Positions 39,029 to 53,204 of a stretch of 64,000 bases of DNA are shown here, one piece after another. The stretch is from Nymphaea colorata (lineage: Eukaryota), in assembly GCF_008831285.2 (NCBI RefSeq), contig NC_045138.2:2790001-2854000 (forward strand), written 5' to 3'. Made by a program: the position numbers and the translations under genes. The notes below the pieces were generated by a model, which was not told the origin of the DNA, made no database searches, and saw nothing but the letters and a program-made list of their open reading frames with translations. Every line of letters starts with the position of its first letter. Within the stretch, counting starts at the first letter, position 1.

Positions 39029-42000
39029 CTACTCGGAAACAGAGGTAGCTGCTGCTTTTAAGCATTCTCTCATGACATTTCCCAGCTTCAAACATGCATC
39101 TATGCAAAGCTCCATTGCCTGACAAAAGAAATTTCGAAACAAACATCAAACATAACCACCTAGTCAACAAAGCATAACTGTACTCATATGCACATAAAAT
39201 ACCACAAACCATGGCAAGGCCATAGCCATGAGTGGGTATTGTTTTTAGAATGCATAGCAACAGAAATTAGACCGTAGCAGTCCTAAAGAATTTTAACAAG
39301 TCAAAACAGAAGTTATAGTTATCAACAGACAACAGCAACGACAAAAAAAGCAAAGATAATGATGATACTGACAAAGGTGAACAGTTATTATCATTATTAT
39401 TTCTCCACTCCTTTTCTTTTCCGGGTGAGTGGGAAGTTTATGAAGCCCACAGCCCAGAAGAGAGGCTGTAGCCTCCCCTCCGTCCCACTAGGCCCGGAGT
39501 TCAGAGCCTGCTTCTAGACCATATAATCATGATTATTTCCATTCCATGAGTTCTTATCATGAAAAAGATTTCATGCTAGAACATGGTAAGACCGTATACT
39601 AGAAACTTTCATACCTCAGCTACTTTTGCAGTTGACCACTCTCCTGTTATGGTCAACTGAGTGACCTCATTACGTGAAGGCATAAAAGAAATCATAAATC
39701 CACCATCTTGACAACGCTCTTCTTCCAGTGTAGGGTCAATAACAAGGTCCTTGCCATGGCAAGACTAAGGAATCACATACAAAGGCAAAGTCAGTAAGTG
39801 CAATTCATAAATGCATATGAATGTTTAGCCTCCAAGAGTCAGAAAAGCAGAAAATGGTTACATCAGGCATTTTCAATGACTTATAGCTTGATAACAAAGA
39901 AAACATACCTAATTTTGCATATTAGGAAGGCACAAACATTTATAAAATTGAAAAATCAAGGGGTTTTCTTTTGTCAAATTTGCTACTAAACTAGGACGAA
40001 GATGGGCATTAAATTAGGTCGCCTTACCACCTATAAGGTTTCAAGGTAGACCATGCAGGTCAGGTCCAGCATGGCAGAAAATTAACAAGGGTATGTGATT
40101 AATATCAACTTGGGCAGGGAATTGAAAGAGAATGCTCAGGCATCAGCCCGCTCTACCCCAATAAGAGATGGAGCAATGGCCTGGACTGAACCCCATACTG
40201 AAGAAAAAAAAGGAGAAAAAATGAGAAAATTTCTGGTGTCAAGCAACATTATTAAACAACAAAGAGAACATACATACCACAGAGGTAGAAATTACAAGAT
40301 CCAACATCATTATCCCAGCATCAGCAAGTGCAAGGCTTGCACATGATATAATTACAGGAAGATCCCCTACAAGTTGGAAAACAAGAGGAAGGCAATGAGA
40401 ATGGAAAAAGTGGATTGCAGTAAGACATAAATTAGGGAACCACATCACTCAACTTGCAATATCTGCAGCAAGGAACATCAGTTCAATTATAATGTTTAGC
40501 TTAGGAATAGTCCCATTGATTTGATCAAGGACAATACTTAGCTTACTATGAAGCAAAAAATCAATCAACCAAGTCAATGGCGTAGCAGCTTAACCATCAG
40601 AATCTCATAAAAGCAACTGTCATTGCTCTAACTTCAGATCTTGCAATGATTAACCAAACTTGCAATTTGGGAAAGGATGATATCCCATTCACCAGTTTTA
40701 GTCTCATGTCAATAAATGCAACATACACTCTATTATTACACGTTATACTAGTTTGCTAGTTGTTCCAGATGTACTAGGTACCATTCTGTTACCTTGGAAT
40801 TGAACCTGTTTGGTAGCAGATGAACTCATCATAATTGTAGAAATGGCCTTTATAATTAGTTGACAATAATATAGATTTAACATAGACAGAAACTACAATT
40901 TGAACAACATTAAGGAACAGTTTGAATTGATAAAGTTTAGGTATCACTGTAGACTATTGCCTTTATGGCATCACTGCAACCAATGCCTTGTTGAGGCTCT
41001 TTTTACCTGGTACGGGAAAAGGGAGTTGGTCATGAATGCAGTTAGACAAGATACTGGAGTCTGGAAGGGCATTCAAGGTTCAAATTTGTTCCTTGTCTGA
41101 CATAACAAAGGAAGTTATTTACTGGATGGCTCCAATTTCATACATATCTAGCATAGAATTATGCAGGAAAATTATTAAAAAAACACAATCCAAACTAATG
41201 TTGTTAAATAAGATAAGCGAAACGAAGCGTTGAGCCTGTCAAGTGAGGCAGGGTAAAGCGAGGTGGAATAAAGCGTAAGCTTCAACACAAAATTATAAAG
41301 TATGTATATTTATGACAAGTAATACCTCCTATGCACAAAACTACAAAAAGTATGTGTATTTGTCACAAACTACATAAAGAATGTATATTTATCACATAAA
41401 ATATGTTCTCAAAATAACTTTCGCTGATCAAATTATAATTATGATAATCAATCAATCAATCAAACAAATGCAATGAAGATAGCACATGCAATTATGAATA
41501 CCTGATATAAAGATAAACTATGAAAATTTATCATGATTCATAGTTTAACCATATATTTATTGAGCTAAGAAGTGCTAACCCAAAGAGATAAAGAGAAAGA
41601 AATGGTAGAGAAAAAGCGGCAAAACTGTGAGTGAGTGAGAGAGAGAGAGAGTGGAGAGGTGACCAGCCCCAGCGGCCCAAGGTAGAAAGAGACAGAGCGA
41701 GAGAAAGAGAGGGCAAAGTAGTAGAAAGAGAGAGAGAGGCAGACAGGAAGATGCTTGCTGGCCGTGGGATTCAACCACTGTGAAAGAGATGGTTTACACG
41801 GAGTGAGAGAGAAGGCAAAACAGTAGAAAGGGAAGGGTGGACAGGAAGATGCCTGCTGGTCGTGGGATTCAACCCCGAGTTGGCGACCATCGGCTGTTGG
41901 AGAGATGGGTGACACGGTGAGTGACTGAAGCTTGAGCCATGTGAATAAAGCAGTGAAAAAAGAGGTTACAGTTTACCTTCGAGGTCAACAATCGCAGGCA

Positions 42001-42770
42001 AGAAATGAGACATTTAAAGAAAAACGTGAAAAATGACAATAAATGTCTTAAGATAGGATGCAGGCAGTGGGAATTGATGGAATAAAAATATGGCCCCGGT
42101 GGCATTAAGCAAGAAATACACACACAGTAGAATGAGAAATGAGACAGCAAAAACAAAAGGATTTTGACTCAAAACCCTTCAGAGTATGGAGGTTTGGCAT
42201 TAAAAACAAAAAATCAAACAAAAAAAAGCGCTAAGTTTTTGTTAGTGTCTAATTTTCTTTTTTAAAAAAAAAGGTGTGACTGATGTGCATGCATAAGGCA
42301 TGCCTTGCGCATCACCCAGAGGTGTACGCCTCACTAGGATGAGGCGCACGATTTAGGAAGCAGCACATCACCCAAACACTTTGATGCATTTGGGTGGGTG
42401 ATGCACAGTGAGGCGCACACCACATGCATTAGGCGTGTGCCTTTCACGACACTGATCCAAACATTCCAATAAATTCCTGAGAAAGGCTGAAGATTAACAA
42501 TTGTTTGTTCTTGCCTCATGCCAAACAGAGGTAAGCAAAGAAATGTAAACAGACACATTAACAATAAAAATTAAAAACTCGCAATAGCAAAAGCGTTCCT
42601 GATATTACCGCCACCAGACTCCATGACCAAAGCAAAAACATCTACAGTTGTCTTGGGAAAAGTCTCCAACATTATAGCACCCTCCAAAGCTTTATGAAGC
42701 ATCGAGGACATCTCTTTGTCATCTGAGCCCTACATGTAAAAGGATGCTATCAGCTAACCTAATGATGTAA

Positions 42771-42813
<43 letters not shown>

Positions 42814-44311
42814 TGAAAGCACAAGATGACAGCAAGATGAATGATTCCATATGCCTTTCCACACCTGTCCACGAATCTGTGTGGAGAATGTCATGAAGCT
42901 TACACTACAATTCAGCCGCCCTACATCACTATATGCCATTGCTTTTTTACTTTCTCTAGGACCAAATCTGCAATATAGAAATGCTGAAACACATAACTCC
43001 ATGTAAAACTGCAAGTGCATAAGATGCTGCTATATTGTTATATCAAGAAATTAAAAATGGTGCAGTTCCATTATCCCCTAAGGACAAATTGAAGGAGACG
43101 GAACAATACAATACCTTTGTGCTTGCAATGATATACAGGAAATGCAAAAAAGGGAAAAACATTTGCTTAAAACAACAAAGCAGAGGACATGAATTAATGA
43201 AATATATAGCTAACTTAAGCACCCAAAATCCATCAAATAAAAAACTAGGCATAACTTATGGTGTTCCACAAGTTGCATGCTGAATACAAAGACTGTTGAA
43301 AGGGCATCACACACGTGTCAAGATGGCTGGACACAGGTGCAAGTATGGGCCATGGCTTAGACATGGCTGACTCTTTTTTTGTATTTAGTATACCTTTTGG
43401 TATTTTTTGTATACTAATCTATGTGTGTGTAAGTCCATGTCCCCACACCCAAGCTTTTCGAGAATGTTTCACACTGGTGTCTACATCTGCACTCATGCCC
43501 ACATCCATGTGACATAAGCTCTTACATATTTCTTAAAAAAACTAGTTATATGTACTACTTCATATGAAATAAGGTATTAAAGAATAATCTTTTAGCACTT
43601 CATCAACACAGTTGTCTGAGTGCCCGATATATACTAACCTTATGTGTTGGGGGATAGAAGCAACAGAAATATTCACCAAAATATAAGCAACAGAAGACAC
43701 TGAGTGGACACATATGTGTCACCTTGAAGACCAATTTCAAGCCCAAAGGAACAAGGTGGATATTACCGCTTATCCAAAGACCGTGTGCTCGATTAAAGGA
43801 CAAAAATTGAATATGATCGGGTCACAAGGAGTCGGGGAGCATCCAAATCATATTATTCTTTGGCTGCACAAATTACTTGACCACAAGAATATGGAAGCCT
43901 GTCATTCATTCTTTGACCATGAAGAAATAACCATTCATAGTTCATAGCATCTGGAAAAGCTAAAAACAAATAGGAAAATAAAAAAACCAGCCAAAGGGGA
44001 CAACTGCCTGCTTACACTGAAACAATGACCTTTGTGCTGCCAAATTCAGCATAAGCAGAACCAACTGCCGCATTCACTGCACCCGTTCTCATAACTGCAA
44101 TACTCAGAACATTACTTAGTGAGAGAGAGAGAGAGAGAGAGAAGTAAGTTGGGGAAGAGGGGAAGGGGGGCCTACATGCTGGTCTACATTGATGGGTGTT
44201 ACGGCCATCGACCCGCAATCCATCTTTTGAGTCTCGGGATGCTCTACTCTTTCTCGCACTCACTGTTGGAGAGTACGTGGGAACACTGACTCCTTGACCT
44301 TTGCTCGCCAT
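39029..44311 (-). CDS. RRP41L: Exosome complex component RRP41-like (Mtr3/EXOSC6 type, RNase PH fold)
   Basis: Exons 44311-44176, 44094-44016, 42967-42865, 42729-42609, 40366-40278, 39764-39615 and 39118-39029 splice in frame. They give ...RVDGRNTHQCRPAFMRTGAVNAAVGSAYAEFGSTKVIVSVFGPRES...LETFPKTTVDVFALVMESGGGDLPVIISCASLALADAGI...LVIDPTLEEE...EVTQLTITGEW...AMELCIDACLKL...SE-stop. Confidence 0.95.
41196..42454. mobile_element. Non-autonomous hAT element in RRP41L intron 4
   Basis: 8-bp TSD atccaaac at 41188-41195 and 42455-42462. Imperfect TIR taatgttgttaaa...tttcacgacactg. Subterminal aggcg/cgcct motifs. No transposase ORF. Confidence 0.85.
42771..42812. repeat. (AAT)n microsatellite in RRP41L intron 3
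   Basis: About 14 perfect aat units. Confidence 0.95.
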
Positions 44312-44835
44312 TGTCACTCACTGCTTTTCCTTCCGCTCCCTCCCTTTGATTCCCTTCCTTTTCCCAAGCCCCTAGGTTTTAACAACTACTTGGAAACAAT
44401 GTAGTTCAATGCAATGAGGTGATCCAAGGCATAAGCCTCAAGATGTTCAAAAGTAAGCTTCATGATCAAAATGATAAATTACATCATAACTATTAAAATA
44501 ATAAAAAAATTAAACAAACAATTAAAATAACAAATATTCAAGTAAACACAATATAAGAAGCACATTTAACTTGTATTAGTCAACCATCATACATGCATGC
44601 ATATGAAAACAACAATCAAGTTGTATCCCCAGTACAAGATAAAATAAGTTACATCCAGAATCACGAAATCATATTGAAAACAGCTCAAACAGATGCACGA
44701 GTTGTCCCCAAATCAACCTATCCCACTAATACCTTCTATATGCAACAACTCTTGTCAAATCGACCCCTCCTGACAATACTTTCTATGTCTATTTCAATTA
44801 CACAATCAATCCATGACCATGCATAAAAGCTTAGG

Positions 44836-44919
44836 CAACTATGTCACATAGGTATGGATACAGGTGCTCGTACCGGTACGGGTTCAGACTATTTAAAAAA
44901 ACTTGACTACAGGGTACAG

Positions 44920-45010
<91 letters not shown>

Positions 45011-45329
45011 AGATTAACACATTCATGATTCAAAATTTATAGATTTTAAAGAAGAAACTATTGAACAAAATATGAAAATGCAGCTCTATATGTTTCCTGA
45101 GTGTAAATGGTGTAAAGAACAAAACTGAAATCCTAAATTTTGGATAGGAAAGGACTCGGTGAACTTTGACTGAGTCCTAAATCCGACGAATATGGTCCCG
45201 AGTACGTTGACCGTATCTGGTATTGTTTGACCAGTACCCAAGAAGTACTCGAAACAGTACCAGTACTGATGTCGTACCTAACCAGTACAGGTACGGTGCC
45301 TTTACAATGGTACCCATGTGACAAAGTTG
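44836..45329. mobile_element. MITE with 19-bp TIR and internal (TA)n(GA)n
   Basis: caactatgtcacataggta...tacccatgtgacaaagttg; gtacc/ggtac subterminal motifs; ggcaacta occurs at both ends. Confidence 0.75.
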
Positions 45330-47103
45330 GGCAACTATATCAGAGCTAAACACTAAAAACTTAAAATCAATCTAGGTAAGCAAGTAAAAATACCTGCCTA
45401 ATGGGTTCAAAACACAGATATTTAACACTTTTTAATAATTCTCGAGGCTGCTTCTAGTGAAATTCCAATGCCCAACGCCATAAACTGGCTTTAAATAAGC
45501 TGCAGTTGCACGTGCCGCTTGTAAATGCAGTTCATGCATAATTAGGTTGTAATGCACGTCTTGTCGAAAAGCTAAGTAGTGGTACTGATACATAAATATG
45601 CAACTATGCATGGCAACAGTCAGTAACAGTAAGGTATCGGAAAATAAATCTGGGATTTAAATCCCAGGATTGTTTTACTAGAATAAGGTGGAGGAGGATA
45701 TTTTTCCTCTTTCCAAATTCAGCATGTGTTTGATTAATTGTCACAAATATCGTTTTTGAGTATTAAACGACAAGTTTTTTCTTGGATATAATACGACAAA
45801 GTTGTTTTTCTCAAAAAAATCTCAGCAAATTAAAAAAGAATTAAGAACAAAAGGTCCATGTGAAAAATGCGAAAATAAAAATCTGATAAGTAAAAATTGT
45901 AAAAAAAGGCGAAAAAATGAAAAAAAAAACTTTTCATTTTGGCATTTTTTCCCCTTTTTTACCGATATGATTGTTTGGAACAATAATGCCATGGAGTTTC
46001 TTCTGGTGCTTGATGGCAGAAATAGTGGAATGCTGGGGAAAAAAAAAAAGAAAACTGACTTGCAGTTAATACACAATATAAACAAAGCAACTAGCCACCT
46101 GATAACATGAAATGAAACATGGAAAGAATACACCTGCATAAGCAACTGAACTAGTAACTGAAAAATCACGATGAAAAAGTTCTTTGAACAGACCAGGTAT
46201 TGACTGGTCCAGTTTGTTTTGCTTGGAGGCAAAACGTACCCAATTGTGGCTCCAAGAGTCTGATCTATATCTGTCATGCATATAAGCTTATGCTCCAAAA
46301 TGAAAGAAGAAAAAGAGCAAGGCCTTCAACTTCCATTGCATCAAGAAACGGAAGACTGAATATGTGGGGGATGATGATCAAGATATATTTGTACAAAAAC
46401 TCAGCTAACATGATGGAAGACAGCATAGTTTAACAATCTTTTCTCCGACTTGCACATGTCCTTTTTCAACAGGCAAGTAGCATTCTAAACTGAATGATTC
46501 ACTAACAAGAAGGTATACATTCATCTTTAAATTGCTCAAAACAAACATTCCCAAATCGAGTGTTCAATCAAGGTTGTTCCTCTACCTTCATTGACTAGTC
46601 TTTCATTGACCACTAACAGCCATAGGTTCATTAATATGACAAAATGTCTGTGTTCTGTAATTTCCGACCAGCAAGCCTTGGGCACTTTTTTATGTAGAGT
46701 TCATCCCAACAATAATACAAATACTCAATCATATTAAGGCATGTAATAACCAAACAACGCACTATTTTTTTTTATAATTGACTAGAATAGAAGTCGTTTC
46801 ATCACATGGTGGGCATCTATAATTCCCCCAGAAAACTGACCACTGACCACTTATGACATTGCGTATATAGAATCAGGAACTCTAGATTGGTTCTCTCTCC
46901 CTTCCAACACAAAAAATGTAGACAAAATCATATCCCGTAGTTATTCTTTTTTTTTTTTCACTCCACTTGCCACACTTGTACTCTAAAGTTATAAACGATA
47001 ATAACTGCATACAAAATGGAATAAGTAGGCTGCGACAGTGAGACATAGAGAAAACTGGGCAAATTCCGTTGCCGGGCTTTCAAGGGTGCGAAATGGGGGC
47101 ATT

Positions 47104-49464
47104 CAGGGGCGGAGCCAGGATTTTTTTTAGGGGCGGGCCAAACGGTCCAACGAACTATTATATATATATATACTCACACACTTTAGATAATATTTACAAA
47201 TCACAGTATAGTAGAAGTGAACATATGTCGTATATAATTGCCCACGTCATGAACGTGAAGCGCGACCTGTCTTACAGCACATTTAATAATTGCTTGTGTC
47301 ATTAGCACAAAGCGCGATCTATCCTAAACAGATAAGGTGCTCTATTTCTATTCAGTGGCGTAAGTGTGAGCAGTGAGCATAAGGTGGACATACAAATATC
47401 ACAACTCAAAATACAACAACAACTCAAAGTATAACAAACAAATACATATATAAACTTCAAAACCCAAAAAGTAAATGTTACTTACCTAAAACAAGCAGTT
47501 TTGTATTCTTTCTATGTAACACAATCAGTTTTTGCGTCTGCTTTTATTCCCCTTGGTTTTGTCCCTCCTGATCAATAACTTTTTTTTTAAATAACTTTCA
47601 ATATTTTTCATCATCTTCTCAATAAGCTAACACGAAAAACCTAAAATTTAAAATAGACAATAAGATTTAAACATATCGAAGTAATCGAACTCGAAACATA
47701 TCAAAAACTAAAGGGACCAGAGTCCTATATGTTCAGCAGATCAGATCTAGAAAATGTAAGATTGCATTCTACAGTAATAGAGAAGGATATGAATTTATCA
47801 GTAATTTTCTTTATTACAAACAGGCTATCAACTATGTTAGTATTTCACCCTTATCTAGTAAAAAAATACAATCCAGTATATCTCTTTAATTGTTCTTCAT
47901 TCCTAGAACATAAAAGTTTTCTTGCATAGTCATAAGATGTCCTAAAGATCGTAACAAGCATTTGTATGTCTGAAAATACTGCTGCTGAAAACATAAATTT
48001 GGCTGAAGCTCATGTGGCAAGCAAAGCTCAAACAACAGATCTGAAGGGAACCTCAATATGTTTAACCAAACTGAGAGGTTCAACCATGTATTATTCAATT
48101 GGTTGGTTTATGGGGCATCAAATGCAACATTAAGCTATTTTCTTGTGATGTTTGTAGAGAATATGATTTAACGGTTTGCTCGCAATTCAGTTTTCACTAA
48201 GATTCAAGTGGAATTTGAGGTTGCCTTTATCGACATACAGATAGCAAATGCATGAAAGTTTCAAACAAGCTCCAATTCATCTTACGTAGGCAGTGTTACA
48301 TACCTTGACGTTTAGAAAAACAGAAGTCTAACAAAAACAACTGATCTTGATTCAAGTACTATAAGAACCCATCTGTCCTGCTATGATGATCGCATACAGT
48401 TCTATGACACAAGCCAACTTGACAAGACAATAAGCTTTAAAATCTATTCCTCTTAAATCTTAACAATTACTCCAAAAGTTTGAGCAATATAACAAAAGGG
48501 GTCTGGAAACAAAACTGAAAGGCAAAGTGAACCCAACATGAATATCTTAATTGTATATACTGCAAATTTCCAACAGTTACTCAACCATTCTGCCCCAGAT
48601 ATGAAGCAGCAAGCTAAGATACCTAAAAACTAATCTAACTTCTGTGAAGTTAACCAACCGACTAGCAGGAGAAGTGCATTCAGAATGAACCAATTAAGCC
48701 TACCGACTAGCAGGAGAAGGTTCATGGCACTGCAGAATGATCCAATCTGCAGTGGAGGTGATGGCTCACTGTGGAGCTCTTGATCATGTAATACCACTAA
48801 AAAAAAAACTTTTTTATTATTTCTAAGCATACTAAGTCCTCCCGACTCCTGAGCAGCAACTCGTGTCTTACATCTTTAAGAGAAGATGTATTACAGTATG
48901 CATCAGGAAAAAAAAAAACGCTGCTTCAGAGAGGAAGAAAATAAAAAACAAAAGCTAGCAATACTACAGCGTATGGAAAAAACAAGGCATTACCCAGATC
49001 TGCTTACTCCCTGCGCTGTGGGCCAGGGAGGGAGGTAGCGAGCGAGAGAGAGGCCGCAAGAGAGAGGGAGGGCGGGCGCCGGGGCTGGCTCTGGCCTGCG
49101 CTGTGGGCCAGAGAGGGAGGGAACGAGCGAGAGATTGGGCGCAAGAGAGAGGCCGAAGCCAAAGAGAGGGCGCGAGAGGGAGGGCGGGGCCGGCGAGGGT
49201 AGAGAGAGAGAGGGCGCGAGAGAGAAACGGCGCGAGAGAGAGGGTAGGGCCAGAGAGAGAGGGCGCGAGAGAGAGCCAGAGGGTAGGGCGCGCGAGAGAG
49301 AGGGCGCGAGAGAGAGGGTAGGGCCAGCGAGAAAGGGCGGTCTGGCCAAATTCAAATTTTTTAACTTTTTAAATGCAATTTTTTTTTTTTTCATGTGCTG
49401 GGTGGGCCCATGGTCCATGCGGGCCCCCCTCCTCCGCGGGCCCCCCTTGTTCTGATTCACCATG
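47104..49464. mobile_element. Probable degenerate hAT-derived element
   Basis: Left end caggggcggagcc is the same TIR family as 11539. Right end has gggcccc clusters and a GA-rich gagagagggcgc repeat tract (about 49040-49330). Right TIR is poor and there is no matching TSD, so the boundaries are uncertain. Confidence 0.45.
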
Positions 49465-49500
49465 CATAATTCCTCCTTAAGATGTTGCTACTATAAAGTC

Positions 49501-49784
49501 TATAGTCACAAATAAGGTTAGAATTTTAAATCACAAGGTTTTTCTATAGTATAATCCAAAGAAATACGGTAATTTTTTTAAAAAAAATAAAAAATGAAAG
49601 AAAAATAAAATAAGAGTGGAACTAATAACACAAACATAAAAATATATTAAAAATAAAAATAAAAAAACACGTTAAAAATGCATTTTTTTAACATTTTTTC
49701 AAAAAAGTGTGTTTTCTAAAGTTTTAAACCACAATTTAATTTATCGCATTTTTTTGGGTTTTTTTATTTTTTTTTGTGACTATG
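49501..49784. mobile_element. AT-rich MITE, same family as 6592-6903
   Basis: tatagtcacaaa...tttgtgactatg termini and colinear interior. Confidence 0.7.
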
Positions 49785-50209
49785 GAACTTAGAAGTAAAG
49801 CGGAGATCATGAACATTTACGAAGTCGAACATTAGGGTCTTTGGATTGCCCCTAATCTGAAATCCTCATCATTTGAGAACCATTAATTTGAGATTAGATG
49901 CTCTCATTTGATATTAAATCCGACTTTTTGCCCATTTTAAAAGGTAAAATAAGGATTTCAAGTAAGGATTTTAGGTCAGGTAAAAAACCGTTAACTTGAT
50001 GAACCATAGACTTTATGATAGATCTTGTACATCAGATCCACAACAGGTCCAAGAATTTTAAATATGAAGTAATCCAACGGAGCATGAGTCTCAACTTAGT
50101 ACAAGGCTACAAGCCCACTTTGATGACTTTAATTTGAGTTAGCTGGTCCAGAAATTTTTTAATTTTTAAATATTTATTTAATTTTCATAAGAATGTAGAA
50201 TGGCACATT

Positions 50210-51872
50210 AGATAAGCACGTAAATATGTGAAAGAATATGTTAGGCAACTATTTGTTAACTTTTCAAAGGTGGGTGGGAACTTATTATTTGTTCAAATAT
50301 AAGTCACCTTTTTTTTGCATTTTTTTTCTAATTTTCGTTTACTTTCACTTTTCTTCTACACCCCATTCCGCTCGTACAAATTTTCTAAATCACAAAGCAC
50401 TAGAAACTTAAATTAATTTATTAGGTTCTTTGTGGACTTACATTAAGTCCAATTTCTTATATGATTAACCAAAATTTGTATGGATGATCGGCAATTGGTC
50501 TAGAGTAGACCTGGGCATCAGGCTGGCCCAGCCTGGCTTGGCCCGATGCTGGAAACCTGAGCCTGGGTCCGGGTCAGATATCCGATACTCGAGCCTAGCT
50601 TGGCCCTATTAAAATAAAAAATATTTTTAAATATAAAATAAAAGTTTTTGAATGTACATTATATTTTAAATAATAAAATATAATAATAATAATTTAAAAA
50701 ATAAAAAACAAAATAATCGAGCCTACTCGCACCAGCTTTTTCGGGCCCAAGCCCAATCTGTAGGATATCGGTACCCGTCGAGTACCCAGTTCCGTTTCGC
50801 AGGCTTAGTCTAGAGCATTGTCATTCTCACAAAATGTGACTCAAACACAGAAAAAACCTTTATCCAATGTTCTTGTAAATGCAAAATACAAAGTACACAC
50901 GGCCAGGAATGTCATAATATGTCTTCCATCCTTTAGTCTATTACCAATTTATATTCCATTGGATCTAAGCAAATGAGATTTCTTACTTGCACTACACTGG
51001 TGTGTGTTGAATTTCTTTGAGTATTGTCTTTCCTCAGGCACTGAAAGCAGCCCTGGATCATGGGGTGATGGGGGGAAGGATTTCGGCCTTCACTTGGGAT
51101 AACATCCGATTGAAAAATTGGATTGGATTCGGACTAGGAGATGACATTCCATTGTAATCAGATTCATGTTTGGTTTTAAATAAATGTCTGATTGGATTCA
51201 TATTGATATCTGGATTCAATTTAAAATAAATATCTTATATCCAATGCCCATATATTTTTCAAAAAGTTGATCCTTATGCGGTGCAGAGTCTGTCGTATAT
51301 TAAAAAGTTGAATTTCGAGTCGGATCTGAAAATAAAGGTCCCAATTGATAGGGATTAAGATTGCGAATTTAGATATCCGATTAGAATATGGTATAAACTT
51401 TATCTTCATCTTTATTGATATCTGAATTTAAGTCTGAATGTATGAATATCTAATTATCACTGAAAGTGACGCGTTATTAATGAATTGTTAAAGTTCTAGG
51501 TGAGCAAGAATATATGAATATCTAATTATCACAGAAAATGACGTGTTATTAATGAATTGTTAAATTTCTAGGTGAGCAGGAGGCTACCAACTGCCCAGAG
51601 TGAGGTTCGAAAGCTACACCCATGCCCTTACATTCTGGGTTATGGTTTGCATAGGAACCTAAGTAGATATCCTACATCATTTAGGTAGAGTGTTTCGATC
51701 TCACCTTTTGCGGTTTATGAGAGTAACGCCCATGAAGATCGAACTCGTGATGCACTATTAACATGTCGGTTGTCCGACCATGCTAAACCCCTTTTGAGGC
51801 AATTAATTGTTAGATTTTTTTTTTATAAAAATAATTAAGATAGCCACGAACTTTTATAAAATAGTTTCACGG
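50210..51872 (+). repeat. Duplicated segment X' (copy of 22365-24490)
   Basis: Colinear with X, including the same MITE at the same site. Has its own internal duplication of about 70 bp at about 51441-51580. Confidence 0.92.
50506..50807. mobile_element. hAT-type MITE, paralogous insertion to 22876-23175
   Basis: Same TIR and same 8-bp TSD gtctagag (50498-50505, 50808-50815). Confidence 0.88.
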
Positions 51873-51879
51873 TACTGAA

Positions 51880-52445
51880 TAGACTTTATACACACAAACT
51901 TTGAAGTGGTTGGGTCATTGCCACTACTTTGTAACTCTTGGCTCTCATCAAACACAGGCTTTACATCCACTAACTCTGAAGTGGTCGGATCGTTGCTAAC
52001 ACTTTAGAGCCACAACTCAAGTATAGTAGGCGTTTGTTATATATCCTGTCAGTTTGCGTAGATCACTCTTAGGTAAATCATGGACAAGTTCTTGGAGTAG
52101 AATGAGTGATATTTGCACCAACAATAATGGTCGTGTGAACAAGATCACTTTTGTGATGGCATTGGTGTTGCTCAACACCTTATGTCCTGCATATGGAAAA
52201 AAACTCCGAATTATTATCAGCTGCGCTAAGAAGAAGCTTGGCACTACGAGTCCAAATATCGAAACTATGTATAAGCTGCAAGCATTCAATCGCATCTCTT
52301 TTTTCCTGAAAAGAAATATTCTCAACTTCAATACAGTTATATTGGTACTCAAGATTTCGCTCGTTCTCTACCAAATGCAGCGTATTAGGAGAGCATCACG
52401 AAGCGTAGATGGACCGTTGAAGTACGTAAAATGATGCAAAAATTG
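51880..52445 (-). pseudogene. Dispersed, internally deleted fragment of the Cand1-like gene
   Basis: ORF 52017-52352 reads MSTNITVLKLRIFLF...MRLNACSLYIVSIFGLVVPSFFLAQ...KLTGYITNAYYT and is joined directly to about two 75-bp tail repeats (51880-52010). Confidence 0.8.
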
Positions 52446-53164
52446 ATCTAATTGGTCGTTCTTCTTAGCCTGACCTGCAGATCTTTAGCCTGTAAAAAAA
52501 AAATAGTGACTTTTGTTTACCATTGCGCTTTTCCAAAAGTGTTTTGTCCAACTTTAATATAACAGTTTTTAATTGAAAAGTAGTTAAGTTTAGAACGGGG
52601 GCATTGTGTCCTGTGCCAATTTTTTGCCTCACACATTATTCAGCCATTAATTTCCACTCTTTTATTTAAATTGGTGTTCAACATCCGTCCGCTTATATAG
52701 CTGGTTTGATGGGAATCAGTGGGCCATGTGTCATTTGTTAAAATTTTTTATTTAATTATTTCTATCCAATTTTCAGCTGAATGATATGCCAATCTATTGA
52801 GTCGGCAGCTCTCCGGGTTCATTTTCAAAGACTTTGGGTGGGCATCAGGCTAGAGTTCTAGGTCAACTCGGCGCCTGTTTGTTAGCATTAGGGTTCTTTC
52901 AAGTTTAATTGGGCTCTAGAGAGGGGTGAAATCAGAAATTTTTTATGACGAGAATTGAATTAAAATTTTTAAATTTTGAATAGGGTCAAAGTATCATTTT
53001 TTAAAATTTTTATAAAAAACAAGTGAAATTTTCTAACATTTACATATAATTTTTTTTGAAAAAATTGAGAAGAAGCGAGAGCTCATGCTGGCTCTACCTT
53101 AGCTCTGCCTCTAATTCAAGCCATTTTCAGTTGTATTTATATCAAAAAGTAAAAATATATAATA

Positions 53165-53204
<40 letters not shown>

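Noticed and set aside
48990..49463. Arg/Glu-rich and Leu/Ser/Pro-rich ORFs
   Set aside because: Low-complexity translations of a GA-rich repeat tract.
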